Assembly (NCBI RefSeq): GCF_009914755.1
Contig: NC_060931.1
Length of the DNA: 64,000 nucleotides
Source: the human T2T-CHM13v2.0 reference genome, Homo sapiens
Strand: one strand, 5' to 3'
The notes under the pieces were generated by a model, which saw only the letters and a program-made list of their open reading frames with translations, searched no databases and was not told the DNA's origin. The position numbers and the translations under genes are program-made. This document shows, in pieces, positions 18,985 through 34,826 of this stretch (the stretch's first letter is position 1; every line of letters starts with the position of its first letter).

Positions 18985-19145
18985 GGGCTGTCTCTTACCA
19001 GCCATGTGGCCACAGACAAGTGACAGAACCTCTCAACAGCCCGCTTTTTCAGCACTAAAATGGCAACAAAAATACCAAGCAGCTCCTGGGTTGTTGTGAG
19101 AATTCAGCCAGGGGTAGTGTATACAGCAGCTGCCAAATACATGTT
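18985..19145 (+). mobile_element. MIR fragment
   Basis: CTTACCAGCCATGTGGCC..ACAAGTGACAGAACCTCTC..TAAAATGG..GGGTTGTTGTGAGAATT. Confidence 0.6.
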
Positions 19146-19150
19146 TGTTA

Positions 19151-19633
<483 letters not shown>

Positions 19634-19675
19634 TCAGGACAACAAGGTGGCTGGCACATTAAAGGGCAGGTGACT

Positions 19676-20218
<543 letters not shown>

Positions 20219-20721
20219 TTACCCTCCCCCTATTCAGCACCCAGTGCCCCTCCCACTCCTTTCTGGAGACTTCTTTCTTTGTTGGAGCCCTGGCCTAGCT
20301 AGCTGGGCCTCCAGTAGACACCCTCTGTGGTTTTACATAGAACAAAGGAGTCTATAAAGAACCGAGTGCCAGCGCCTCCCCCAGCTCTGCAGAGTGTACT
20401 GTCATCCCCCGTTCATGCCTCCTGCCCTTCTGGGAAGAACCCGTCCTAATGTCCAAGTTGTAAGTGGGTACTTGGTTTAGGTTGAAATCATGGCCTGATA
20501 CTTGGACAAGGCATCAAAGCCATTCTTAACATACTAAAAACAATACCACAAGTGTTGTTTCTGAATAAAAGGGAGGATTTTTGTGAACCGAATAACCCAG
20601 ATTGGTTCTGTCCAACGATGGCCTTGGGCAGGGTTCAGGCCCAGCTCTCTTGTCCCTCAGTCTCCGAAGGCCTCTTCTGGGAAATACCATGACTGTGCCT
20701 TGACTAGACTCAAGAAGGCCA

Positions 20722-21235
20722 GCTGGGGTGCCTGTCCCCCCTGAGGTCCCAGTCCTGTCCCTCCCTGCGGTCCTGCTCATCTCTGCTGGGGTACCTGTCC
20801 TTCCCTGTTGTCCCGCTCATCTCTGCTGGGGTGCCTGTCCCTCCCTGCGGTCCCAGTCATGTCCCTCCCTGTGGTCCTGCTCATCTCTGCTGGGGTACCT
20901 GTCCCTCCCTGTGGTCCCACTCATCTCTGCTGGGGTTCCTGTCTCTCCCTGTGGTCCCGCTCATCTCTGCTGGGGTGCCTGTCCCTCCCTGCGGTCCCAG
21001 TCCTGTCCCTCCCTGTGGTCCTGCTCATCTCTGCTGGGGTACCTGTCCCTCCCTGTGGTCCTGCTCATCTCTGCTGGGGTACCTGTCCCTCCCTGTGGTC
21101 CTGCTCATCTCTGCTGGGGTACCTGTCCCTCCCTGTGGTCCTGCTCATCTCTGCTGGGGTACCTGTCCCTCCCTGCAGTCCCGCTCATCTATGCTGGGGT
21201 GGCTGTCCCTCCCTGCAGTCCCGCTCATCTCTGCT
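20722..21235. repeat. Minisatellite/VNTR, 40-bp unit with 64-bp variants, 11 units
   Basis: Unit CTGGGGTACCTGTCCCTCCCTGTGGTCCTGCTCATCTCTG; CTCATCT spacings 40,64,40,40,64,40,40,40,40,40. Confidence 0.98.
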
Positions 21236-21489
21236 AGGCTTACAGGGGAAGAGCCGCTCTACCGAAGCCACAGCAGGGACTCACTTCCCATGAGGGAGCA
21301 CTCTTGCGGTCCCCTCCCCGTGGTAAGGCACTTCCACTTCAGTCGCTAGAGTGATCATGGGGTAACTCAAGCCTTTGATCCAAGGTTGTTTACCTCCTCA
21401 GGGACACCGATAGCTTTCCTGAACAATGGCAACCCTCCAGAGTTATCTTGGACCCAAGTCTAGTTCCAGAACAATCAACTCTAAGTTGT

Positions 21490-22260
21490 TTAAGAAGGCT
21501 GTGTACATTAAAACAGCCATAAATCATGGTAATGAATCCCGCAGCATGGAGAGAAATCCATTACACATCTGATACGTGGGGCTATTACTTCAGGACTTGA
21601 TGCATGCACCTATGAGGGCATAAAATGCAGTATTAACAAACTGCCCATGAACAGAAAACATTGCACTTTCCGGGGGTGGAGGGGAGAGAACCTACCCAAC
21701 ATGGAAATGCTTTATTATTATAAAATTTCTTGAGGCCAACAGTTCAGCAAGGAGGATGTATAAACACATCACTTCGCCTCTTGGAAGGATTTCAGCATAA
21801 TTAGCTGAGCCCCTTCAGCAAGGTGAAGTGCATCCCAAGTCTCTGCGGAGCCATAAAAAAGCAAGAAGTGGCAGTGGTGTGTGCACATGAATTCACAGCA
21901 TCTGAAAATGCTTCCTACTTTCCAAACTAAATGGGTCTGCCTTTGAAACGGGCAGGAATGGCAGGGAACGTCCTGAGCCTTACCAAAAAGCACAGGCACT
22001 CTGAGCAGAAGTATCGGCGCCAGGCCCGTGCCTGCCAGGCAGCCCAAGGTCAGCTGTCTTCTGAAATCCTTGCAGTTGGAAGTGAAAATGCTGATGCATT
22101 TCGGCACAGTCCTCATTTGATTTCCATTTGCAAATGAACAGGAATGATTTCTTCCACTTACCCTTGGTGATTAACCGTTGGCAATCAACATTGCACAAAC
22201 AGATGAGCTTGCCCCAGTTTTCAACTTCATAAATTGGACACTTCAGAAATGCCACATCTC
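21490..22260. promoter_or_regulatory. Candidate enhancer / conserved non-coding-like island
   Basis: Repeat-free; CCATAAATCA (PBX-HOX), several CATAAA, TAATTA, ATTTGCAAAT. Confidence 0.45.
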
Positions 22261-22967
22261 AGGCTTCTGGGTCAAGTGTGAGCAAGCCCAGGGTAAGTCT
22301 ACACGTCCTTAACCTTGCGTGTGGGTCTGGCGGGTTCTCATCTTGAGTCTCTTCTTTTCCGTTTTTAGTCCTGCTTTGGGTTCTTTTGAGTGGGAGGTCA
22401 CCATGGACAGTCACCTGGGCGACCTTCACAAAGAGCACTGTGATGTAAGAAATGGCAGGTCTAATCGGCGGTGTGCATTCCAGGGTCAGGACACCTCCAG
22501 GATTGTTCCGGAGGATCAACTCACTTTGGCTATTAGGGAATTCTGGTTCCCCACTAACCCTGGAAGTTTTCAGAGCAGTGTCCCCACAGTGGTCCCTGGG
22601 TGGACACCTTCTCCTTGAGGTGCCCATGGGGAAGGCGTGGGGCAGATGTGGAGCTGCTTCTCGACACTCCCTCTGAGCTTCCTCAGCACAGGGAGCATCC
22701 CAGGCCCGCACTGGGTCACAGCGAGGGAGGCAGCCACTGAGACACTAAAGGACCCGTGTCCGTGAAGGAGGAATGAAAATCCACATCTGCAAGAGAAAAC
22801 TTCCGGGTCCACACGTTACTCTTACTAAACAAATGTGACCACAGAAAGTCTATTTACGGTATTCAGGCTGGAACAAGCGTTTCATCATCGCCTGGGTCCC
22901 CCAAGGGGGAAAGGAGACAACTTAGGACAGAAATGTGATGGATGGGAGGTGGTTAGAAGAAAGGAAA

Positions 22968-23307
22968 GGATATGTGTCCCCACCCAAATCTCATCTGAAT
23001 TGTAGCTCCCATAATCCCCTCGTGTCATGGGAGGGATCCAGTGGGAGGTAATTGAGTCATGGGGGCAGGTTTTTCCCATGCTGTTCTTGAGATAGTGAAC
23101 AAGTCTCATGAGATCTGCTGGTTTTATAAAGGATGCTGTCTTGCCTGCCGCCATGTTAAGACATGCCTTCGTTCCTCCTTCACTTTCTGCCATAACTGTG
23201 AGGCCTCCCCAGCCACGTGTAACTGTGAGTCTATTAAATCTCTTTTTCATTACAAATTACCCAGTCTCGGGTATTTCTTCATAGCAGTATGAAAATGGAC
23301 TAATACA
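22968..23307 (+). mobile_element. MaLR solo LTR (THE1D-like)
   Basis: TGTGTCCCCACCCAAATCTCATC...GGTATTTCTTCATAGCAGTATGAAAATGGACTAATACA. Confidence 0.92.
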
Positions 23308-23619
23308 GGAAGTCATTTGGCAATTCTAAGAATCAGAATTACAGTGGGAATTCTAAGATCTACAAATTTTACAAAACAGGGCAGTTTTATTCCTGAGTCC
23401 CTCCTGGTTTTCCCCCTTTCTCTCTGGTGGCTCCTGCTCCCTCTCCATCCTGCCCAGCAGGGCCCTCCCACAATCTGCACGCCCCACCCATCACCGACCT
23501 GCATAGAACCTTCCCCCAGAATAGTTCCTGAACCTGTTGCTCTTCGTCCTCACCTCTCTAGTCTCAGCCCTCATCAGCACCTGCCTGAGCTTTTATAATA
23601 GTCTGTGGGTCTCCCTGCA

Positions 23620-24230
23620 CTTATTAAACGTGGGTTTTCCTCAAGGTTCAGGCCTTGCTCTCTTCTCATTCTAAGCTATCCTCCTGTGCAACTAATCTAG
23701 TTTCATGGTTCTAACTCCCAAATCTATATCTTTACCCAAAACTTCTTTTTAGAACTCTAGATGGAAATGTTCAACTACTTATCTGATGTCTCCGCTTGGA
23801 TGTCTCACAGGCCACTCAAATTCACCCTGTCCCAAACTGGACTCCTCCTTACTCCCAAACCTGTTCCTCTTCTGGTGTGGTGTCCGGGGAGGCACCATCC
23901 TCCAGCCAGCTAAGAAGCCAGACACCCAGGAGACATGCTGGCATTTTCCCTCATGCTCCACCTTCTCACCAACCCACCACCGAGATGCATGGAGTCCTCC
24001 ATCCCAACCGCTCCTGAACCTGCTGCTCTTCACCCCACCATGGTCTCTGCCTTCCTCAATAACTTCCTAAGCTTTGGCAATGGCTTGCTTGTGTCCCTGT
24101 ATTGATTCTGGCTTTCTCAAATCCATTTCCCAAACTTTTCAACAACAACGAAGTCTTCTGATAGTTTCCTGTGCACACAGAGTCAAATCCGAAGCTTATA
24201 ATGTGGTAGACAAAGTTCTGAGTGATTTGG
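23620..24230 (+). mobile_element. L2 fragment
   Basis: AACTCCCAAATCTATATC, CTCCGCTTGGATGTCTCACAGGCCACTCAAA. Confidence 0.8.
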
Positions 24231-24379
24231 CAACAACAGAATGGACAAATAAATCACGATGTAGTAATTCAGTGAAACGCCATACAGCGAAGAGAACAAA
24301 CCAACCATGGCTACACACAACAATGCGGACGAAGATCTCAAAATACTTCAAAACGTTTTCTTTAAAAGTGGATTGTGTC

Positions 24380-24677
<298 letters not shown>

Positions 24678-24792
24678 CTACTGAAGCTTAGCAAATAATA
24701 AATATAACAAAAATAAATGAAAACCACAAAGGAAGAAGAAAAAAGTAGGAAAAAAGAAAATATGAAAAAAAGAAAAAGAAAAAAATGGATTG

Positions 24793-25381
<589 letters not shown>

Positions 25382-25544
25382 TAATAACTTTTTTTTTACA
25401 GTTTCCTTTATTATTTTTGCCTCTTTATCCTTTCTTTTTATCTCTATCTTCATATTAGAGGCTTTCCTCAAATGTCTTGTGATCTTTGGCTATCAGCTCA
25501 CATTTGAGAATGAGATACTAAAAATCTATTGAAAGCTTCATGTG

Positions 25545-26140
25545 TGTAGTAGATTAAGATAGCCACAAATTATTTCTCAAACTCCTGGCCTCAAGTGATC
25601 TGCCCACCTCGGCCTCCCAAAGTGCTGGGATTACAGGCACGAGCCACCATGCCTGGCCTGCCACAAATTATTTCTATTTCTCTTATTGAGAGGTGGACCT
25701 AATCTCCCTTCCCTTGAACTTAGATCCTTAATGACTTCCTTGACCAATGGAATATAGTAGAAGTGACTTCTAAGGCTTCCAAGATCATAGAAAGTCCTGT
25801 GACTTCTACCCAGGCTTCTTGGCATTCTTGCTCATGGAGTTCAGCCACCATGCTGTGAGGAAGCCCAAGCAGCGCCCTGGAGGGGCCCATGTAGAGAGGC
25901 ACCAAGGCCACTGGCCAACTTCCTGGATTGTTCTGCCAGCCTGCAGCCACATGAAGGAGCATTTTGGAGGCAGATCCTCTGGCCCCAGCCGAACCACTCC
26001 AGATGACATCATGTGAAGGAAAAATGAGCTGTCCTCACTGAACCTGCCCACATTCCCGATTTGTATGGAATGTAAGTGATTGTTGTTGTTTTAAACCACT
26101 ACATTTTGGGGTGGCTTGTTACACAGCAATAGACAACCAT
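25545..26140 (+). mobile_element. MaLR solo LTR (MLT1G-like)
   Basis: GCCACCATGCTGTGAGGAAGCCCAAGCAGC, TTTTAAACCACTACATTTTGGGGTGG..CAGCAATAGA. Confidence 0.85.
25578..25658 (-). mobile_element. Tail-less 5' Alu fragment with 16-bp TSD
   Basis: First ~81 nt of Alu flanked by GCCACAAATTATTTCT at 25562-25577 and 25660-25675. Confidence 0.9.
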
Positions 26141-26369
26141 TCACCTCCTGCCTGGGTGCCAAGTGGAAGGTGGCAAAGCATGTTGCCACCCCGGTCTGAG
26201 ACTCATCTGCTCTTCCCACCTCCTTCCACACTCGGTGTCCTCATGTAAGAAGTCCCTTTAGTTCAATTTCTCTAGAGATCTCCAGTCTCCTGAAGAGGGC
26301 ATTGCAGGTGGGGGAGGGGACAGGCAGGTCTCACATCAGTGCATCCACATTTCCAAACCATCCTGTGTT

Positions 26370-27285
26370 TGATGTACACGTGGCAAATAAACACAGGAAG
26401 AGTTGTTCAACATTGTCCTCCATCAGAGACATGCAGGTGAAAACCGCCACAAGACATCACTGCACATCTATTAGAAAGGCCAAAATCAAAAACCAATAAC
26501 ACAAATGCTGGCAAGGATACTGAGAAACAGGACCACTTATACATTGCTGATGAGAATACTCACTGGTAGGGACAGCTGCTGTGGACTATAGTTTGGCAGT
26601 TCCTTTTAAAACTGGGAATGGACTTACTATGTGACCCAGCTTTTGCACTCCTGGGCATATATTCCTGAGAAATGAAAACTGATAGAAACTTGTGAATGAA
26701 TGTTCATACCAGCTATATTTGTAATAGCTCCAAATTGGAAACTACCCACATGTCCTTCAATGAATGAATGGTTAAATAAATGGTGGGTCATCCATACAAG
26801 GCAATGGCATTTAGCAACAAAAGGTAACGAGCTATTGATATGTACAACAACTTAGATGACCCTCAAAGAAATCGGGTTGCATGGGAAGCACATCTCAAAG
26901 GGACACAGACTGCATTCAGTGTTAATGTAATTATCAGATTGGTGGTTGCCAGGAGTTAGGGATGGGGCAGAGAGGGAGGGTGTCTGGGGAGTCCAGGGGA
27001 GTCCGTGGTGCTAGTCTAGTTGAATGCCTGATTGTGGTGGTTCCATGAAGTTACGTGTGTGGTAACGTCTTAGAGCTACACACGCGCATGCACACACGAG
27101 TGCACGTTTACTGATGAAATCTGAAAAAGATCCGTGGATTGTACCAGTTTCCTGGTTTTGATATTATTGTATAATTGGGTAAAAATTCAACACTGGGGGA
27201 GGCTGAGTGGAGAGTAGGTGGAAACTTTCTATACATTTCTTCACAATTTCTTGTGAATCTGTAATTATTACAAAAGTAAAAGTTA
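26370..27285 (+). mobile_element. L1MC/MD-type 3' fragment
   Basis: GGCAAATAAACAC, AAATGCTGGCAAGGAT, TGTCCTTCAATGAATGAATGGTTAAATAAA, TGTGAATCTGTAATTATT. Confidence 0.85.
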
Positions 27286-27286
27286 T

Positions 27287-27420
27287 GGCCAAGTGTGGTG
27301 GCTCACACCCATAATCCCAGCACTTTGGGAAGCTGAGGTGAGCGATCACTTGCGGCCAGGAGTTTGAGACCTGCCTGGACACCATAGTGAGACCCCATCT
27401 CTAAAAACAAAAAGCAAAAG
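27287..27420 (+). mobile_element. Free left Alu monomer (FLAM_C-like)
   Basis: Left arm with A-rich tail; TSD AAAAGTTA. Confidence 0.88.
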
Positions 27421-27658
27421 TTAATTAAGAAATAGGCTTGGCTTATGGACAATGATAAATAAATAGTAACTTTAAAGAAACATGTGGACAAACTTCCCTG
27501 TACAATCAAAATCTCTTCTGTCAACCTTTATGCTCCTCACCGTATACTCTTCAGTTTCCTGGGAAGAGCAATGCCTTGTCCCTCTGAGTCAGTGATGGCT
27601 ACGTCTCCTCCAGCATCTGTTTTCTTTTTCATCTTTAGTGATAGAATCTCTGATTCTT

Positions 27659-28062
27659 CCAACAATGATAGACTGGATTAAGAAAATGTGGCACATATAC
27701 ACCCTGGAATACTATGCAGCCATAAAAAAGGATGAGTTCATGTCCTTTGTAGGGACATGGATGAAATTGGAAATCATCATTCTCAGTAAACTATCACAAG
27801 GACAAAAAACCAAACACCACATGTTCTCACTCATAGGTGGGAATTGAACAATGAGAACACATGGACACAGGAAGGGGAACATCACACTCTGGGGACTGTT
27901 GTGGGGTGGGGGGAGGGGGGAGGGATAGCATTAGGAGATATACCTAATGCTAAATGACGAGTTAATGGGTGCAGCACACCAGCATGGCACATGTATACAT
28001 ATGTAACTAACCTGCACATTGTGCACATGTACCCTAAAACTTAAAGTATAAAAAAAAAAAAG
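27659..28062 (+). mobile_element. Young 5'-truncated L1 (L1PA2/3-like)
   Basis: ORF2 C-terminus IDWIKKMWHIYT, G-rich 3'UTR, poly-A; TSD GAATCTCTGATTCTT at 27644-27658 and 28063-28077. Confidence 0.97.
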
Positions 28063-28379
28063 GAATCTCTGATTCTTAGCTAGATATTTACCCACCCAGA
28101 ATTAAAAGTGACCTTTTCCAGTCTCTCTGGGATCTACATGGGTTTGTAAGGAGGGCTATCTGCAGTCTCTAGAATGGACACTTCATGGGAAGCATCATGT
28201 CCTTTGCCTCTTTCCCCTTCCTGGAAGGTAGGCGATGGCTGGAGCTCAAGTATCCTCTTGAATAGAAGAGGTAGGAGCCACTATTATTCTGGATTTTCCA
28301 TCCTCAGTCAATTCCATTCTTCACTTACACACCATCTCAGGCTTCTAAACATACCAACCTCAGCCCAGAACTCCTCTCT

Positions 28380-28729
28380 TGATATGGTTTGGCTGTGTCC
28401 CCACCCAAATTTCAACTTGAATTGTATCTCCCAGAATTCCCACGTGTTGTAGGAGGGACCCAGAAGGAGGTAATTGAACCATGGAGGCCAGTCTTTCCCA
28501 TGCTATTCTCATGATAGTGAATAAGTCTCACAAGATCTGTGGGTTTATCAGGGGTTTCCACTTTTGCTTCCTCTCATTTTCTCTTGCCGCCGCCATGTAA
28601 GAAGTGCCTTTTGCCTCTCACCATGATTCTGAGGCCTCCCCAGCCATGTGGAACTGTAAGTCCAATTAAACCTTTTTCTTCCCAGTCTCAGGTATGTCTT
28701 TATCAGCAGCGTGAAAATGGACTAATACA
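28380..28729 (+). mobile_element. MaLR solo LTR (THE1A-like)
   Basis: TGATATGGTTTGGCTGTGTCCCCACCC...GGACTAATACA; 5-bp TSD TCTCT/TCTGT. Confidence 0.95.
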
Positions 28730-29324
28730 TCTGTCTTCCATCTTTCTGCTCAAATGATGCATCTTCTTTTTTAAGATCTTAGGTTAAATTCTGCTTCCTC
28801 CAGGAAGCCTTCCCTGAGCTGAAACTCAGATGAGTTATAAGCCCCTTTAGGGGTGACTTCTGGTTTTATGATAATTTCCCTTCACTGAGAACTTCCAGCT
28901 CTCTAAAAACAGAATTACAGGGAAAGGCCCCAGGAGCCATCTCTGTCTGTCACGTCTGACGAGGGACGGATGGACCCTGACCCAGCCTGGGCGAAGTGGC
29001 ACTCTCTGCTCTGGGAGCTTGAGTTTGAGATCCAGCCTCCTCACGGGGTTGAGCCTGTGAGCCTCGACTAACTTGGGCACTGTGGACAGCCATGCTGTGT
29101 TACTCAACCTGAGGGGCAGGAAAAGCTTGTTTGCAGAGAGAAGAGAGTGAAGCTGACCCAGAGGCAGAACAGAAACAGGGTCTATGAAGAGCGGGTGTTC
29201 CCACTCCCTGGTTTCATCCCACCAAGATGGCTCTCTGTCTCTCTCCTTGGTTCACTCAAACAACACTATCACCTTATTGTCATGGTACTATATTCTACCC
29301 CACTTTTTCTCTACACCCCACCCA

Positions 29325-29480
29325 AATTGTGGTAAAGTATGCATAACGTAATATTTACCATCTGAATGATTTGTAAGTGTCCAGTTTGGAGGCGTTGGGT
29401 ACATTCATATTGCTGCGCCACGACCGCTACTGTGCACCCACAGAACGCTCATCATCTTGCGAAACTAACACTCTACTACC
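29325..29480 (-). mobile_element. L1MB-type 3' end fragment
   Basis: AATTGTGGTAAAGTATGCATAAC...TTTACCATCT..GTACATTCA. Confidence 0.7.
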
Positions 29481-29799
29481 TTGCTTATATAAGAAGCTGG
29501 CTTCAACTGGTTTCCAGTACTTGTAGGTAAGAGTTCTAAGGCATGTGGGATTCTGCAAGATGTGTCGAAGTCACCAAGAGTTCTGCAGTGTTTCTGTGAG
29601 AAGCTGTGGGCGAAAGGCGAGTTTGAATGGGATTGAGGTAGGTTTAAAGTTAGACTAAGAATGTTACTTCCTTAATGATAAGATGCTGTGTGTTTCTGAA
29701 CAGGGGTAACAAGTGTAGAACTGGGTCTTGGGAAGTCGGATTCAGCACTGATGATACTCAGTAGTATAGCTTAAAGAAGAATATTTAAAAATGTTTTAA

Positions 29800-30162
<363 letters not shown>

Positions 30163-31491
30163 CTCACAAACCAATATACAATATATGTATATTTGATACA
30201 TATATCAAAATATGTATACAATGTATAATAATAAAATCACAGTAATTAGCATATCCATCACTTCAAACATTTATCATTTCTTTGCATCGGGAGCATTCAA
30301 AATCATCTCTTCTAGCTATTTGAAAATACACAATAAGTTACTGTTAACTATCGTCACTTCACAGTGCTATAGAGCACTGTAACTTATAATGCCTATCTAG
30401 CTATAATTTTATATCCATTAACCTATTGCTCCTGTTTTTTTCTATTTCCGTGAAGAATGTCATTGATATTTTCATGGGGATTGCATTGAATCAGAAGATT
30501 GCTTTGGGTAATACAGTCATTTTAACAATATTAATTCTTTCAATCTGTAAACATGGAAGGTCTTTCTCTTTTTTGTATCTTCTTCAATTTTTTTCATCAA
30601 TGTTTTGTAGTTTTTATTGTAGAGATCTTTCTCCTCCTCAGTTAAATTTATTTCTAACCTTTTTGTTTTTGTAGCTATTATAAATGGGATTGCTTTCTTG
30701 ATTTCTTTTCAGCTAGTTCATTGTTGGTGTACAGAAACACTACTGATTTTGTATGTTGATTTTGTAACCTACAACTTTACAGAATTCATTGATCAGTTCT
30801 AAGAGTTTATTAGTGGAGTCTTTAGGATTTTCTGTATATAAGATCATGTCATCTGCAAAAAGGGACAATTTGACTTCCTCTTTTCCAATTTAGATGTGTT
30901 TTATTTCTTTCTCTTGCCTAATTGCTCTAGCTAGTATTTCCAGTACAATGTTGCATGAAAGTGGTAAAAGCAGACATCCTTGTCTTGTTTCAGTTCATAG
31001 ATAGAAAGATTTCAGTTTTTCCCTGTTCAGTATGATGTTAGTTGTGGGTTTTGTTATTTACGGCCTTTATTGTGTTGAGGTACTTTTATGCCTACTTTGT
31101 TGAGTTTTTATCATGAAGGGACATTGAATTTTATCAAATGCTTTTTCTGTGTCTATGGAGAGGATCATTTGGTTTTTGTCCTTCATTCAGTTAACATGAT
31201 GTATCACATTTGTTGATGAGGCAAACCATCCTTTCATTCCTGGGATAAATTCCACTCAATCATAATATAATCTTTGTGTTTGGTTTGCTAGTATTTTGTT
31301 GAAAATTTTTGTACCTATGTTTGTCAGGGATATTGGCCCATAGTTTTCTTTTTTGAGGGTGTGTCCTTGTGTGGTTTTGGTATCAGGATAATGCTAGCTT
31401 CGTAGAGGTAGTCAGGAATAATTTCCTCCTCTTCAATTTTTTGGAGTAGTTTGAGAAATTGGTGTTAGTTCTTCCAGAAAAGTTTGATATG

Positions 31492-32112
<621 letters not shown>

Positions 32113-32517
32113 TCAGCAGCGAAGCCACCCAGTCCCGGGCTTTTTGTTGTTGTCGTCATTGGGAGGCTTTTCAATACTGATTCAATCATGATACTCATTA
32201 TTTATCTGTTCAGGCTTTCTGTTGCTTCCTGGTTCAATCTTGGTAGGTTGTATGTGTCCAGGAGTTTATCCCTTTCCTCTAGGTTTTCCCATTTGTTGGC
32301 ATATAGTTATTCATAATAGTCTCTAATAATTCTTAGCATTTCTGTAATATCAGTTGTAATATCTCCTTTTTTGTTTCTGATTTTGTTTGTCTTCTCTTTT
32401 TTCTTAGTTTGTCTAGCTAATAGCTTGTCAATTTTGTTTATCTTTTCAAAAAGCCAACTTTTCATTTCATTGATATTTTGTATTTTTGTCTCTATTTTGT
32501 TTAGTTCTATTCTGATC

Positions 32518-32783
32518 TTTTTTTTGGAAACAGAGTCTCACTCTGTTGCCCAGGCTGGAGTGCAATGGCACTATCTCAGCTCACTGCAACCTCCGCCTCA
32601 GTCTCCCATGTAGCTGGGAGTACAGGCATCCACCACCATGCCCAGCTAATTTTTGTATTTTTAGTAGAGACAGGGTTTTTCTATGTTGCCTAGGCTGGTC
32701 TTGAACTCCTCACCTTCAGGTGATCCACCCACCTTGGCCTCCCAAAGTGCTTGGATTATAGGCGTGAGCCACCATGCCCAGCC
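32518..32783 (-). mobile_element. Alu (AluS) with internal deletion
   Basis: CCTCCGCCTCAGTCTCCC junction; TSD TATTCTGATCTT. Confidence 0.94.
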
Positions 32784-34117
32784 TATTCTGATCTTAATTA
32801 TTTCTTTCCTTCTACTAATTTGGGGTTTCATTTGTTCTTGTTTTTCTAGTTCCTTAAGGTGAATTGCTAGGTTGTTTATTTGAAACCTTTCTCCATTTTT
32901 GATGTAGGCATTTATTGCTATAAACTTCCCTCTTAGTATTGCTTTTTCTGTATCCCGTACATATTTGGTATGCTGTGTATCTATCTTCATTGTTTTAAGG
33001 AATTTTTAAATTTTCTTCTTAATTTCATCATAGATGCATTGGTCATTGAGGAGCAGGTTATTTAATTTCCATATATTTGTATCATTTCCAAAAATCCTTT
33101 TGTTACTGATTTCTAGTTGTATTCCATTGTGTCTGAAAAGATACTTGATACAGTTTTGATTTTTAAAAATTTGTTGAGACTTGTTTTGTGGCCTATCATA
33201 TAATCTATCCTGGAGAATGTCCCATGTGCTGATTAGAAGAATGTGTATTCTGCAGCTATTGGATGAAATGTTCTGTAAATGTCTGTTAGATCCATTTGGT
33301 CTAAATGGGTTTAACTCTGATGTTTCTTTGATGACTTTCTGTCTACACAATCTGACCAATGGTGATAGTAGGGTGTTAAAATCCCCAACTATTATTATAT
33401 TGGGGTCTATTTCTTCCTTTAGCGCTAATAATATTGGCTTTATATATCTGGGTGCCCTGGTGTTAGGTGTAAATATATATTTATAACTGTTATATCCTTT
33501 TACTGAATTAATCCCTTTATCATTGTATAATGACCTTCCTTGTCTCTTTTTACATTTTTTACTTAAAGACTATTTTTTCCAAAATAAGTGTAGCTATTCA
33601 TGCTAGCTTTTAGTTTTTGTGTGCATGGAATATATTTTTTCATCCTTCACCTTCAGTCCATATGTGTCTTTACAGGTGAAATGAGTTTCTTGTAGGCAGC
33701 TATAGTTGAATCTTATTTTTCTATCCGTCACCCAATCTATATCTTTTACTTGGGGGATTTAAATTGTTTATATTTAAAGTTGTTATTGATAGATGAGGAC
33801 TTACTCCTGTCATTTTGTCAACTGTTTCCTGGTTGTTTTGTATACTTTTCTTCCTTTTTTCCTCTCTTATTGGTTATCTTTGCAATTTGATGTTTTTCTG
33901 TAGTGAAATTATTTGATTCTTTTATCTTTCTCACGTGTGTATCTGCTTTACTTGTGAGTTTTATATGTTTTCATGATGGTAGGTATTTTCCTTGTGTTTC
34001 CAGATGTAGGACTCTCTTAAGCATTTATTGTAGGATCAGTCTAGTGGTGATGAATTCCCTCAGCTTTTGCTTATCTGGGGAAGACTTTCTCTTTCGTTTT
34101 TGAAAGTTAAGATTTGT

Positions 34118-34826
<709 letters not shown>

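Noticed and set aside
20728-21349. Three overlapping 161-172-aa repetitive Cys/Pro-rich ORFs; CRISPR-like periodicity
   Set aside because: The stop-free 40-bp VNTR unit opens all three frames; units are contiguous with no unique spacers and there are no cas genes
32661-33359. ORFs resembling endonuclease/reverse-transcriptase protein
   Set aside because: Frameshifted, Alu-interrupted remnants of L1 ORF2
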